Part shown: one piece after another, positions 56,323-64,000 of the stretch | Layout: every line of letters starts with the position of its first letter | Numbering within the stretch: position 1 is the stretch's first letter | IMG/VR virus record: IMGVR_UViG_3300024255_000002 | DNA length: 64,000 nt | Source: a virus | Strand: one strand, 5' to 3' | Notes under the pieces: model-generated | The model's input: only the letters and a program-made list of their open reading frames with translations | Databases searched by the model: none | What the model was told of the DNA's origin: nothing | Position numbers and translations under genes: made by a program

Positions 56323-57399
56323 ATGGCAATATTCAGACAAGGTGTAAAAATAGGTGGGTTCGATGTAAGAATAGGATTGCCTAGAGATAGAGGATTTGAT
56401 CCTGTTGAAGCACAAAAACGAGTAGATCAAAGTAGAGCAAGTATCAACAGAAACACCGAAGTCAATAAGTTTAGATCGTTTATTTCTGAAGGTAGTGGAT
56501 TGGCAAGAACAAATCGTTACATGGTAACTATTAACTTTCCTAATAAATTACTTTCACAATCAAATTTAGACCAAGAGTTTGAAGAATATCAAATTGCTTC
56601 AGACTATACAAATTCGTTACACAAAAGTATTAAAGACAGATTGTTTTTTTTCTGTGAAGGTGCCACATTACCAGGTAGAACAATCGCAGATGAAACAAAA
56701 GATGATCTATATGGTCCTGAAAGAAAAATTGCAAGAGGTGTTACCTATGATGATTTAACACTTACATTTTACATGGGACAAGATATGGCCGAACATCAAT
56801 TGTTTAAGTCATGGCAAAACATGGCAGTTAATCCATATACTTACAACGCTAATTATTATGATGAGTATGTTGGATCAATTGATATATTTCCATTAGTAAC
56901 TGTAAAGACAAATCCAGAGTTACAACCACAACCAGTTAATAAAAATATTTCATCAATTGCTGAAAAGGCAATGTCAGTTTTTGGTAAGAGAAGTGAACCT
57001 ACATCAAACAATCAGTACATGGGTCCTATGGCACATGCAACTGTTGGGACTAGTTTTGTTCATGTAATGGAAGCATTCCCAAAAACTATTAGTGATATAT
57101 CAATGAGTTATGGTTCAGCAGATTTAGTAAAATTATCAGTTACGTTTTCTTATAGATACAACTTATCTGCTGCTGATTTGGCACTAGTCAATGAAGGTAG
57201 ATATAATGTTGTACCAGGCAAACTACATGGGAACATTGCTAAAATAGACAACTTAGACCAATATGGTAAGTTTGGTTCATTAATAAGAAAATTACCACCT
57301 GATATTAGAAGAGCAGGCCGAGACGTTGTCAACATAGCAAAAACAAGATTCCCAACAGGTAAGATATTTGGTGGCAGAGTAGTGCCTCCATTCTTCTAA
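56323..57399 (+). CDS. 54: Baseplate tail-tube initiator (gp54/gp19-like)
   Basis: GLARTNRY.V, CEGATLPG, TLTFY, YYDEY, EAFPK, L.VTFSY. Confidence 0.7.
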   Translation: MAIFRQGVKIGGFDVRIGLPRDRGFDPVEAQKRVDQSRASINRNTEVNKFRSFISEGSGLARTNRYMVTINFPNKLLSQSNLDQEFEEYQIASDYTNSLHKSIKDRLFFFCEGATLPGRTIADETKDDLYGPERKIARGVTYDDLTLTFYMGQDMAEHQLFKSWQNMAVNPYTYNANYYDEYVGSIDIFPLVTVKTNPELQPQPVNKNISSIAEKAMSVFGKRSEPTSNNQYMGPMAHATVGTSFVHVMEAFPKTISDISMSYGSADLVKLSVTFSYRYNLSAADLALVNEGRYNVVPGKLHGNIAKIDNLDQYGKFGSLIRKLPPDIRRAGRDVVNIAKTRFPTGKIFGGRVVPPFF

Positions 57400-57439
57400 T
57401 AAATAGAATTATATTATAATATTATAAAGGAGTTAAATT

Positions 57440-58135
57440 ATGGCAATACCGAAGATTGTGACACCTACTTATGAATGTGAGTTACCATCTACAAAACAAA
57501 AAATCAAATTTAGACCGTTCTTAGTTAAAGAGGAAAAAGTTATGTTAGTGGCATTAGAAGCCAATAACGAAACTGCCATCCAAGAAGCTTTAATTCAAAT
57601 TGTGTCTAATTGTACAGACAATAAAATAGATGTAGAAAAACTACCTATATTTGATTTTGAATATTTGTTTTTGAAGATACGATCAAAGTCAGTAGGTGAG
57701 ATTGTCAAATTAAAACTTAAATGTCCAGATGATGATAAGGTTACAGTTGATTATGAGTTAAACCTCGATGAAATAAAAGTTGAGATTGATTCTAAATTCA
57801 AGTTTGAAGTACCTTTTACAGAATCATACGGCGTTGTATTAAGATATCCTACAATAAGAGAAGTGGCAAAAGATGATGAAACAACCATCCTAAGTCTATC
57901 TCTTATTAAAGATTGTCTAAAAATGATATACAATGGCGATGATACTTACTATCGAAAGGACATAACAGACGAGGAGTTTAATGAATGGATTGATACATTA
58001 ACTAAGGATCAGTTTGATTTACTTGTTAAATGGTTCAAATCAATACCTAAAATTGAACATGTTATTAAATATAGTAATCCTAAGTCTGGTAAAGAGTTTA
58101 GTTTGAAGTTGTCTGGAACTAAAGATTTTTTTTAG
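57440..58135 (+). CDS. 26: Baseplate hub assembly protein gp26
   Basis: LPST...IKFRPFLVKEEK, FDFEYLFLKIRSKSVGE. Confidence 0.9.
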   Translation: MAIPKIVTPTYECELPSTKQKIKFRPFLVKEEKVMLVALEANNETAIQEALIQIVSNCTDNKIDVEKLPIFDFEYLFLKIRSKSVGEIVKLKLKCPDDDKVTVDYELNLDEIKVEIDSKFKFEVPFTESYGVVLRYPTIREVAKDDETTILSLSLIKDCLKMIYNGDDTYYRKDITDEEFNEWIDTLTKDQFDLLVKWFKSIPKIEHVIKYSNPKSGKEFSLKLSGTKDFF

Positions 58136-58326
58136 TTTCCCTCAACCATGACACGCTAGAAAATTACTATAGAACTAATTTTGCATTGATTCATCATCAT
58201 AAATATTCATTAGATGAATTAGAGTCAATGGTGCCGTGGGAGAGGGAGATATACATAGACCTTCTATTAGAACACTTACGAGACGAGAAACAAAGACTCG
58301 ATGAAGCAAAAAAAAGTAGAGGATAA
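58126..58326 (+). CDS. 51: gp51-like baseplate hub assembly segment in the -1 frame (no own start; probable frameshift extension of gp26)
   Basis: Hand translation LVSLNHDTLENYYRTNFALIHHHKYSLDELESMVPWEREIYIDLL...*. Confidence 0.75.
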   Translation, partial: FFLVSLNHDTLENYYRTNFALIHHHKYSLDELESMVPWEREIYIDLLLEHLRDEKQRLDEAKKSRG

Positions 58327-58328
58327 AC

Positions 58329-58622
58329 ATGGAAGAACAAACTAAAAAAGTAAATTTAGAGTTAGAGATTGATACGTCAACTGTAGACTCTAGTAAAAAC
58401 AAATATCAAGGTTTAATTGACCTTGCAAAGGCTGTTGACGCATGGAGAATATTTCCTAGATTGTTTTTAACAGTTTACATTATCTTATTATACAAATGTG
58501 TAATATGGTATATGAATTTACAAGCACCAACTATGGAACAAAGTGGGTTAATCAGTATCGTTGTAGGTGCTGGCGCTGCCTGGTTTGGTTTATATACAGG
58601 AACAAGTAAGAGTAAGAAATAA
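58329..58622 (+). CDS. Two-TM small membrane protein
   Basis: DAWRIFPRLF, two hydrophobic helices. Confidence 0.65.
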   Translation: MEEQTKKVNLELEIDTSTVDSSKNKYQGLIDLAKAVDAWRIFPRLFLTVYIILLYKCVIWYMNLQAPTMEQSGLISIVVGAGAAWFGLYTGTSKSKK

Positions 58623-58668
58623 TGCAAATTACAGCTGTTTACAAATACATCAACAAGAGGTTCGAGTA

Positions 58669-60213
58669 ATGGTAAGATTAAAACGATTTCAGACATTGTT
58701 AAAAGAAAAAAGAGAAAAATTTAGTGGTGAGTCTGATCGTGTTGCAATTGCTGAAGCAGGAACACAATTTTCTAAAAATGTTCAGATAAAAGTTGATGAA
58801 CAATTTTCAAAAGAAAACAAAACAGGTGATATAAAATTTGATAAGGTATCAAGTGCTGTAAAAAACATTCCAGAACAACTTAGAGGTGATATTGAAAACC
58901 TTGAAGATGGATCCTACAATGACTTAGTTAGATTTATCAGAAAATATGAAAGACTTTTAAATGAAGTACAAGGTGGAAGATTGTATGATAAGAAAGAACA
59001 AGAATATATCAAAAAAACAGTTGAACCAGTACTACTTGAAATAACAAATTTAAAAGGTCCTATTGCTCGGGCTGCATTTGCCTTTGAAGACTTTAAATCA
59101 CAATTCAAACCTCTAAAATTAGCAGACAGATTTTTAGGTGATCTTCCTATCGTAGGCGATATGATAAGAGAGAGATTGCAAGCAAAAGGTGAGGCAGATA
59201 GACTTGCTAAATCGACAGGATTGAGAGCTGCAAAAGAAAGAACTAGAGGTGAACTAAAAGAGGCTGCTGAAACGAGAAAAGGTATTTCTAAACCAGAATC
59301 ATCAAGTAGTTTTTCAGACGACACATCATTAGGTAGTGTTGGTGATGAACTTGGTGATCTTGCTAAAAATGTTGGTACGGGAAAAGTATCCGAAGAGTCA
59401 CAAAAAGAACAGGCAAATAAAGACCAAAAACAAACTAATTTATTTGAGTTGATTGCTGAAAATACACTTGAGTCAAAATACTTACTAGAGGAATTATTAG
59501 AGGCATATAAAGATGAAAACGAAGGCATGGGTGAATTACTTGACACAGGAAAAAATGTTGCCATGGGTGCTGGAGGTGCTGCTGCTGGTGCTGGTGGTCT
59601 ATTTGGACTCAACAAACTAAGACAGAAATTCTTTGGAAAAGGTAAAGGTGCTGATGTAGCTGGTAAGGCTGCTTCAAAAGGTGGTGGTAAAGCGTTAGGT
59701 AAAACCGCTCTTAAATCTGTTATTAAAAAAATACCTATCCTCGGTTTGGGTGCAGGACTATTATTTGGTGCTCAACGATTAATGGCAGGTGATGTTACTG
59801 GTGCAGGTATGGAAGTTGCCTCAGGTGCTGCTAGTCTGGTTCCTGGTGCAGGAACGGCTGCTAGTGTTGCCATAGACGCTGCTAGTGCCGCTAGAGATAT
59901 GAAGAACGCAGAGAGAGAAGTGGATGACACAGTTGCACAGGCAACAACTGAAGCGATTTCTGACACAAAAGGGCAAAGTGTAGGATTAGGTCAAGTTTAT
60001 CAAATAAATGCAGATCAAGTTATGCTTAAGGCAAACTCAATGAAACAGTTACAGAATGAGAACGATATAGCAAAAAGCTACATGACTAAAGGAATGGGCA
60101 ATATGCAAAATAACACAGTATTAAATCAAGTTACAAACACTGCCAAGAGTACTTTTATGGGACCTAGATTATCATCATCTAATCCTAGAAACATTACTAA
60201 ATCACCATATTAA
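58669..60213 (+). CDS. Tape-measure/gp29-like protein
   Basis: Helical, Gly/Ala-rich KKIPILG...GDVTGA segment; lies before gp48; start re-called at MVRLK. Confidence 0.55.
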   Translation: MVRLKRFQTLLKEKREKFSGESDRVAIAEAGTQFSKNVQIKVDEQFSKENKTGDIKFDKVSSAVKNIPEQLRGDIENLEDGSYNDLVRFIRKYERLLNEVQGGRLYDKKEQEYIKKTVEPVLLEITNLKGPIARAAFAFEDFKSQFKPLKLADRFLGDLPIVGDMIRERLQAKGEADRLAKSTGLRAAKERTRGELKEAAETRKGISKPESSSSFSDDTSLGSVGDELGDLAKNVGTGKVSEESQKEQANKDQKQTNLFELIAENTLESKYLLEELLEAYKDENEGMGELLDTGKNVAMGAGGAAAGAGGLFGLNKLRQKFFGKGKGADVAGKAASKGGGKALGKTALKSVIKKIPILGLGAGLLFGAQRLMAGDVTGAGMEVASGAASLVPGAGTAASVAIDAASAARDMKNAEREVDDTVAQATTEAISDTKGQSVGLGQVYQINADQVMLKANSMKQLQNENDIAKSYMTKGMGNMQNNTVLNQVTNTAKSTFMGPRLSSSNPRNITKSPY

Positions 60214-60227
60214 TCTTATTTTACACA

Positions 60228-60235
60228 TATAAATA
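60228..60235 (+). promoter_or_regulatory. Late promoter TATAAATA
   Basis: Exact consensus. Confidence 0.7.
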
Positions 60236-60250
60236 TATGAGAGGTTAAAA

Positions 60251-61330
60251 ATGATTGTAAAAAGTTATCCATTAAACGTAGAAGACACAGACGGACATTA
60301 TCTTTTATTCACTATATTTGAGAAACCAGAACAAGTGTATAGATATGGTTTTAAAAGTGATTCAAATGTTCAACAGGCACAGTTTGTAAATTCTGAAATT
60401 AAAAATCAATCTGTCAATAAATTGTTAACAGAAAAACAAAGAAGACTAAAGGCAAAGTTTGCCGATGGTAAACAATCATTATATAAAAAAAAACAAAGAA
60501 CAACAATATTTGCTGGAAGAGGTGAAGCTGCTAAACCAGATTTTGCAGTAGGAGCCATATCAATATACACACCTAAAAATATATCTGTATCACACAAAGC
60601 AGACTATACCGATGACGCATTAAGTCCTGTTGGATTTAGTCTTGCCAATGTTATGGAAACTGGTGGTAAGGTAAAAAATGCAGATGGATTTATAAATGGT
60701 ATTAAATCATTAGGTGGTGGTGTAGGACAACAGCTACAAGGATTTTTTGCTGGTGCAGGTAGACTTGCTGGAACAGGTGGTGCTCAACAATCAGTAACAG
60801 GTTCAGTAGTCAATCAAAATTTAAGTGAAGTTATATTTACTGGTCTAGGATTTAGACAGTTTAGTTTTGATTTTTCATTTATGCCATCAAATGTTGATGA
60901 GGCACAGACAGTAGATGATATTATAAACATGTTCACTTATTACATGTTGCCTAGAAGAAAAGGAAACAATGCCTTGACTTATGAAATACCAGCAGAGTTT
61001 AATTTAAAATACATGTATAGAGGAAAAGAAAACAAATATATTCATCCTGCTTTAACACTCGTACTAGAAAATGTAGATATTAAATATGGTGGTGAGAAGT
61101 TTGCCACATTTAGAGGCAATCAACATGGTGCTCAACCAATCAAAACAGATGTAACATTACAATTTAAAGAAGTTGAAGTCGCAGACAGATCAACTTTATT
61201 TGGTGGTGGTGTTGGTGTTGATGACTCAGATGAATATCGTAAATTGTCTGAGAAATCAGATTCAAATTCAGAATCACAGGTAACACGAACAACAAATAGA
61301 CCAGGCTATGGAAATAGAGGTAGGAATTAA
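60251..61330 (+). CDS. 48: Baseplate tail-tube cap gp48
   Basis: YPL, N...EVIF.G..FRQFSFDF.F.P....EA, L.FKE. Confidence 0.8.
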   Translation: MIVKSYPLNVEDTDGHYLLFTIFEKPEQVYRYGFKSDSNVQQAQFVNSEIKNQSVNKLLTEKQRRLKAKFADGKQSLYKKKQRTTIFAGRGEAAKPDFAVGAISIYTPKNISVSHKADYTDDALSPVGFSLANVMETGGKVKNADGFINGIKSLGGGVGQQLQGFFAGAGRLAGTGGAQQSVTGSVVNQNLSEVIFTGLGFRQFSFDFSFMPSNVDEAQTVDDIINMFTYYMLPRRKGNNALTYEIPAEFNLKYMYRGKENKYIHPALTLVLENVDIKYGGEKFATFRGNQHGAQPIKTDVTLQFKEVEVADRSTLFGGGVGVDDSDEYRKLSEKSDSNSESQVTRTTNRPGYGNRGRN

Positions 61331-61332
61331 CA

Positions 61333-61860
61333 ATGCAATACTTTAACACATTACCGAAAATTTCTTATGACTTAGAAGGCAAGAATGAATTTAATCTTAT
61401 CACAGATATATTTCGTTTCTTTAAAGTAAGAGACGGCATTGTTGATGAGGCAGTTCTATTAGACAAGTACGAAGTAAAAGATGGCGAAACACCTGAAATG
61501 GTTTCAAACAGATTTTATAGTTCAGTTTATTATCATTGGGTAGTTATGTCAGTAAATAAAATTAAATGCCGTTACTATGACTGGCCGATGAGTCAAGTGC
61601 AGTTTGGTAAATACTTAAAAGACAAATACGAAAATCCAGGTGCCATACATCACTATGAAATAAATCAGTTAAGTGGTCCTACAGCATCACTTGATAACTC
61701 ACATGTAATAGAAGTCAACGCAGATTATCCTAATGCATATCCTGTATCAAATAGAGAGTACGAAGAACGACTACAAACAAAAAAAAGATTAATCAAAATA
61801 CTAAATCCTGACTACTTGGAAGACTTTGTTCAGGAGTATCAACGAATTATAACTAGATAA
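61333..61860 (+). CDS. 53: Baseplate wedge protein gp53
   Basis: YF..LP.I.Y, DGETPE.VS..FY....YHWVV, WP, HHYE. Confidence 0.88.
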   Translation: MQYFNTLPKISYDLEGKNEFNLITDIFRFFKVRDGIVDEAVLLDKYEVKDGETPEMVSNRFYSSVYYHWVVMSVNKIKCRYYDWPMSQVQFGKYLKDKYENPGAIHHYEINQLSGPTASLDNSHVIEVNADYPNAYPVSNREYEERLQTKKRLIKILNPDYLEDFVQEYQRIITR

Positions 61861-61864
61861 TGAA

Positions 61865-63379
61865 ATGGCAAAAACAACTTACACAGATAATAATCTAAAA
61901 TATGCTGATGATTTTCGTCTAAGCAATATTATCCTATATAATTACAAAGGCGATGCTTTAGACATTACCGATGATGTAACTTACATTGACATATACGAAA
62001 GTATTAACAATCACACACTATCAGGAACTATAGGATTTTTAGATCAACGTGCCATTGTTGAGCAGTTTCCTATTATCGGAAAAGAGTTTGTTGAGTTTAA
62101 GGCAAGAACACCTGTTGAGACAGAAACAAACAGTGAAATAGATTTTACAAAGCATAAAATGTATGTTCACAACATTGCCGCTCAATCAACTGTTACAAAT
62201 AGAAATCAAGTATTTGTGCTTGACTTTGTATCAGCAGAGGCAATACGAAGCACAAGAAAACGAGTAAGTCGTGCCTTTACAGGTTCATACGACAAGGCCG
62301 TTTCAAACATATTTAAATCAGAATGGGGTATTGGTAGTCACAAAAGATTATATGTAGAACCAAGTTCAGAAAATAAAAAAGTAGTCATACCTAATTTAAG
62401 ACCATTAGATGCCATAGAGTTCTTATCAACAAGAGCATTATCAAATTACACAAACACACCATCATTTCACTTTTATGAAACAACAAGAGGTTTTCATTTT
62501 AGATCATATGATAGTATGATGAAAGATGTTGAAAATGGGTCACCATTAGAAACAGATATAACTTATAATCTTGCCAGTTCGGAAGTGCCAAATCCATCAA
62601 ATCCAAACAATCCTGATATGTCGGCACTGTTTAGAGTTTATTCACATGAGTTCTCAAACAGCACAGACTCATTAGAAGAATCAACTGATGGTATATTTTC
62701 AAACACAGTATTGTCACATGACACATATAACAAAACAATTACAAAAACAGAATTTAACTATGCCTCAGACTATTACAAGTTTCCACATTTAGAAAATCAA
62801 AATGTAGAGGATGAGTTCGCAGTAAAGTATAGTGCATTGCCATTATCAGCGGCTGATCCGTCAGAGAAGGCTACGAACAAATATGGTCGTTATTCACTCT
62901 ATAGTGACTTTACAGAGGGAAAAACGATGGTTGCAAGTAACACATCAAATATTCATAACAACGTCATGGCCAACGGCTATGAGACAAATAGAATACTACC
63001 ATATAGAAATCACTTAAAACGTGTATTAGATGTTATTAAACTTGAAATGACAGTGCCAGGTAACACAACATTAAACGTAGGTCAAGTCATAAACGTAAAA
63101 GTGCCATCATACGCATCCGCAGTATATGAACATGCAGATAAGCGATATAACATATATCTATCAGGTCGATACTTAATAACAAATTTACGACAACATTTTG
63201 ATGTAAGCGAAGGCAAACATAGAACAATATTGACCGTTGCAAAAGAAACACTTGCCTCACCATTAGAAACGTCATTAGATCAGTTTACCTTTCAAAAGAC
63301 AAACGAAAACAGATTTACCACACAAACTGGCGATGAGGAAAGTCTAACAGCGCAGATAATAGACATAACAAAGGTATAA
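61865..63379 (+). CDS. Baseplate hub protein (gp27-like)
   Basis: IYESI, PIIGKE, F.FYET..GFHF, VPGN.TL.VG, SGRYLIT.LR; lies between gp53 and gp5. Confidence 0.65.
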   Translation: MAKTTYTDNNLKYADDFRLSNIILYNYKGDALDITDDVTYIDIYESINNHTLSGTIGFLDQRAIVEQFPIIGKEFVEFKARTPVETETNSEIDFTKHKMYVHNIAAQSTVTNRNQVFVLDFVSAEAIRSTRKRVSRAFTGSYDKAVSNIFKSEWGIGSHKRLYVEPSSENKKVVIPNLRPLDAIEFLSTRALSNYTNTPSFHFYETTRGFHFRSYDSMMKDVENGSPLETDITYNLASSEVPNPSNPNNPDMSALFRVYSHEFSNSTDSLEESTDGIFSNTVLSHDTYNKTITKTEFNYASDYYKFPHLENQNVEDEFAVKYSALPLSAADPSEKATNKYGRYSLYSDFTEGKTMVASNTSNIHNNVMANGYETNRILPYRNHLKRVLDVIKLEMTVPGNTTLNVGQVINVKVPSYASAVYEHADKRYNIYLSGRYLITNLRQHFDVSEGKHRTILTVAKETLASPLETSLDQFTFQKTNENRFTTQTGDEESLTAQIIDITKV

Positions 63380-63384
63380 CGCAG

Positions 63385-63762
63385 ATGAAAACAACTTATA
63401 GTCCATTCAGAGAAATCTCAGAAAAATTTTTTAGAGACATAGACCAAGGCCAACTCAAAGGCCATATGTACACAATATCTAAGAAATTAGAGATATTTAC
63501 AGATTATCTATTCAAATCATGCCAACAAACGACAGAATACATGAAAGAAAGACTTTGTCAGAGAGAATATGTAAATAAAACGTTACAAAGCGTACTTAAA
63601 CAAGGCCTAGAGAGAGTTGCTTCGCAACCGACCAAGTCGATCTTATCATTTAATACACATAAAAAAGGCCCGAATAAATATGGACCAGAGATGGATATAA
63701 GGCAAACATTTATGGGAATTTTTTACCAAGGCCTACTGAAAGGAAATGAAAATGCCAAATAA
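63385..63762 (+). CDS. Hypothetical protein
   Basis: 125 aa ORF with no recognisable motif. Confidence 0.35.
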   Translation: MKTTYSPFREISEKFFRDIDQGQLKGHMYTISKKLEIFTDYLFKSCQQTTEYMKERLCQREYVNKTLQSVLKQGLERVASQPTKSILSFNTHKKGPNKYGPEMDIRQTFMGIFYQGLLKGNENAK

Positions 63763-64000
63763 CTTCTTAGGCCACGATGGTTTCATATGGTTTATAGGTG
63801 TTGTAGAGGACAGAGATGATCCAACTAAGACAGGCCGTGTAAGAGTGAGATGTTTAGGGTATCACACAGACGACAAGAATGCCTTGCCTACTTCAGATTT
63901 GCCATGGGCATCTGTAATGTTACCGATTACTTCTTCAGGTATATCTGGCATAGGTCAATCACCTCTCGGCCTTGTTGAAGGGTCGTGGGTAATAGGTTTC
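63752..64000 (+). CDS. 5: Baseplate hub/tail lysozyme gp5, N-terminal OB fold (partial)
   Basis: Hand translation MPNNFLGHDGFIWFIGVVEDRDDPTKTGRVRVRCLGYH...LPWA...GLVEGSWVIGF. Confidence 0.93.
   Translation, partial: MPNNFLGHDGFIWFIGVVEDRDDPTKTGRVRVRCLGYHTDDKNALPTSDLPWASVMLPITSSGISGIGQSPLGLVEGSWVIGF

Noticed and set aside
21777-63017. Alternative-frame + strand ORFs (21777, 26946, 32884, 36803, 50114, 54294, 55271, 62832)
   Set aside because: Nested within conserved genes, with no motifs or clear SD.
3938-63275. Numerous minus-strand ORFs in the track (e.g. 6601-7023, 24793-25335, 40800-41252, 58914-59615)
   Set aside because: They lie antisense to well-supported + strand genes and have shadow-like Ser/Leu/Phe-rich composition. 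Only gp4 is credible on the minus strand.
1-64000. tRNA genes or stop-codon reassignment
   Set aside because: No cloverleaf recognised by eye (tRNAscan not run); core genes are full-length in the standard code.

Overview
64 kb of an AT-rich T4-like (Tevenvirinae/Kyanoviridae-type) myovirus genome, almost entirely coding on the + strand. The gene content and regulatory motifs suggest a marine/freshwater phage of a streamlined alphaproteobacterium (pelagimyophage-like; host is inference). Order: uvsX-gp41 helicase; a block of probable head-packaged proteins (ligase-like protein, adenylate kinase, NTase/cytidyltransferase polyprotein); spanin/holin-like lysis genes; a late-promoter-driven curli-like cassette (csgF-csgG-curlin-FecR-curlin-CHASE2 adenylate cyclase); primase, nrdAB, RuvC-like resolvase; a glycosylation island; an early region (pilin-like gene, lipoproteins, nrdC, SprT, GH73, M15 peptidase, exonuclease); gp33-gp59-thyX-gp32; a GmrSD-like nuclease; and gp4, gp2, gp54, gp26/51, tape-measure-like, gp48, gp53, hub and partial gp5. 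No tRNA, rRNA or CRISPR array was recognised. Most notable: (1) the curli/FecR/adenylate-cyclase cassette; (2) a predicted -1 frameshift joining gp26 to a start-less gp51 upstream of the tape-measure-like gene; (3) alphaproteobacterial LexA-like and RegA-like boxes at phage promoters; (4) a shared capsid-targeting N-terminal motif on nucleotide-handling enzymes; (5) several structured intergenic RNA candidates. All calls come from manual motif reading; no searches were run.
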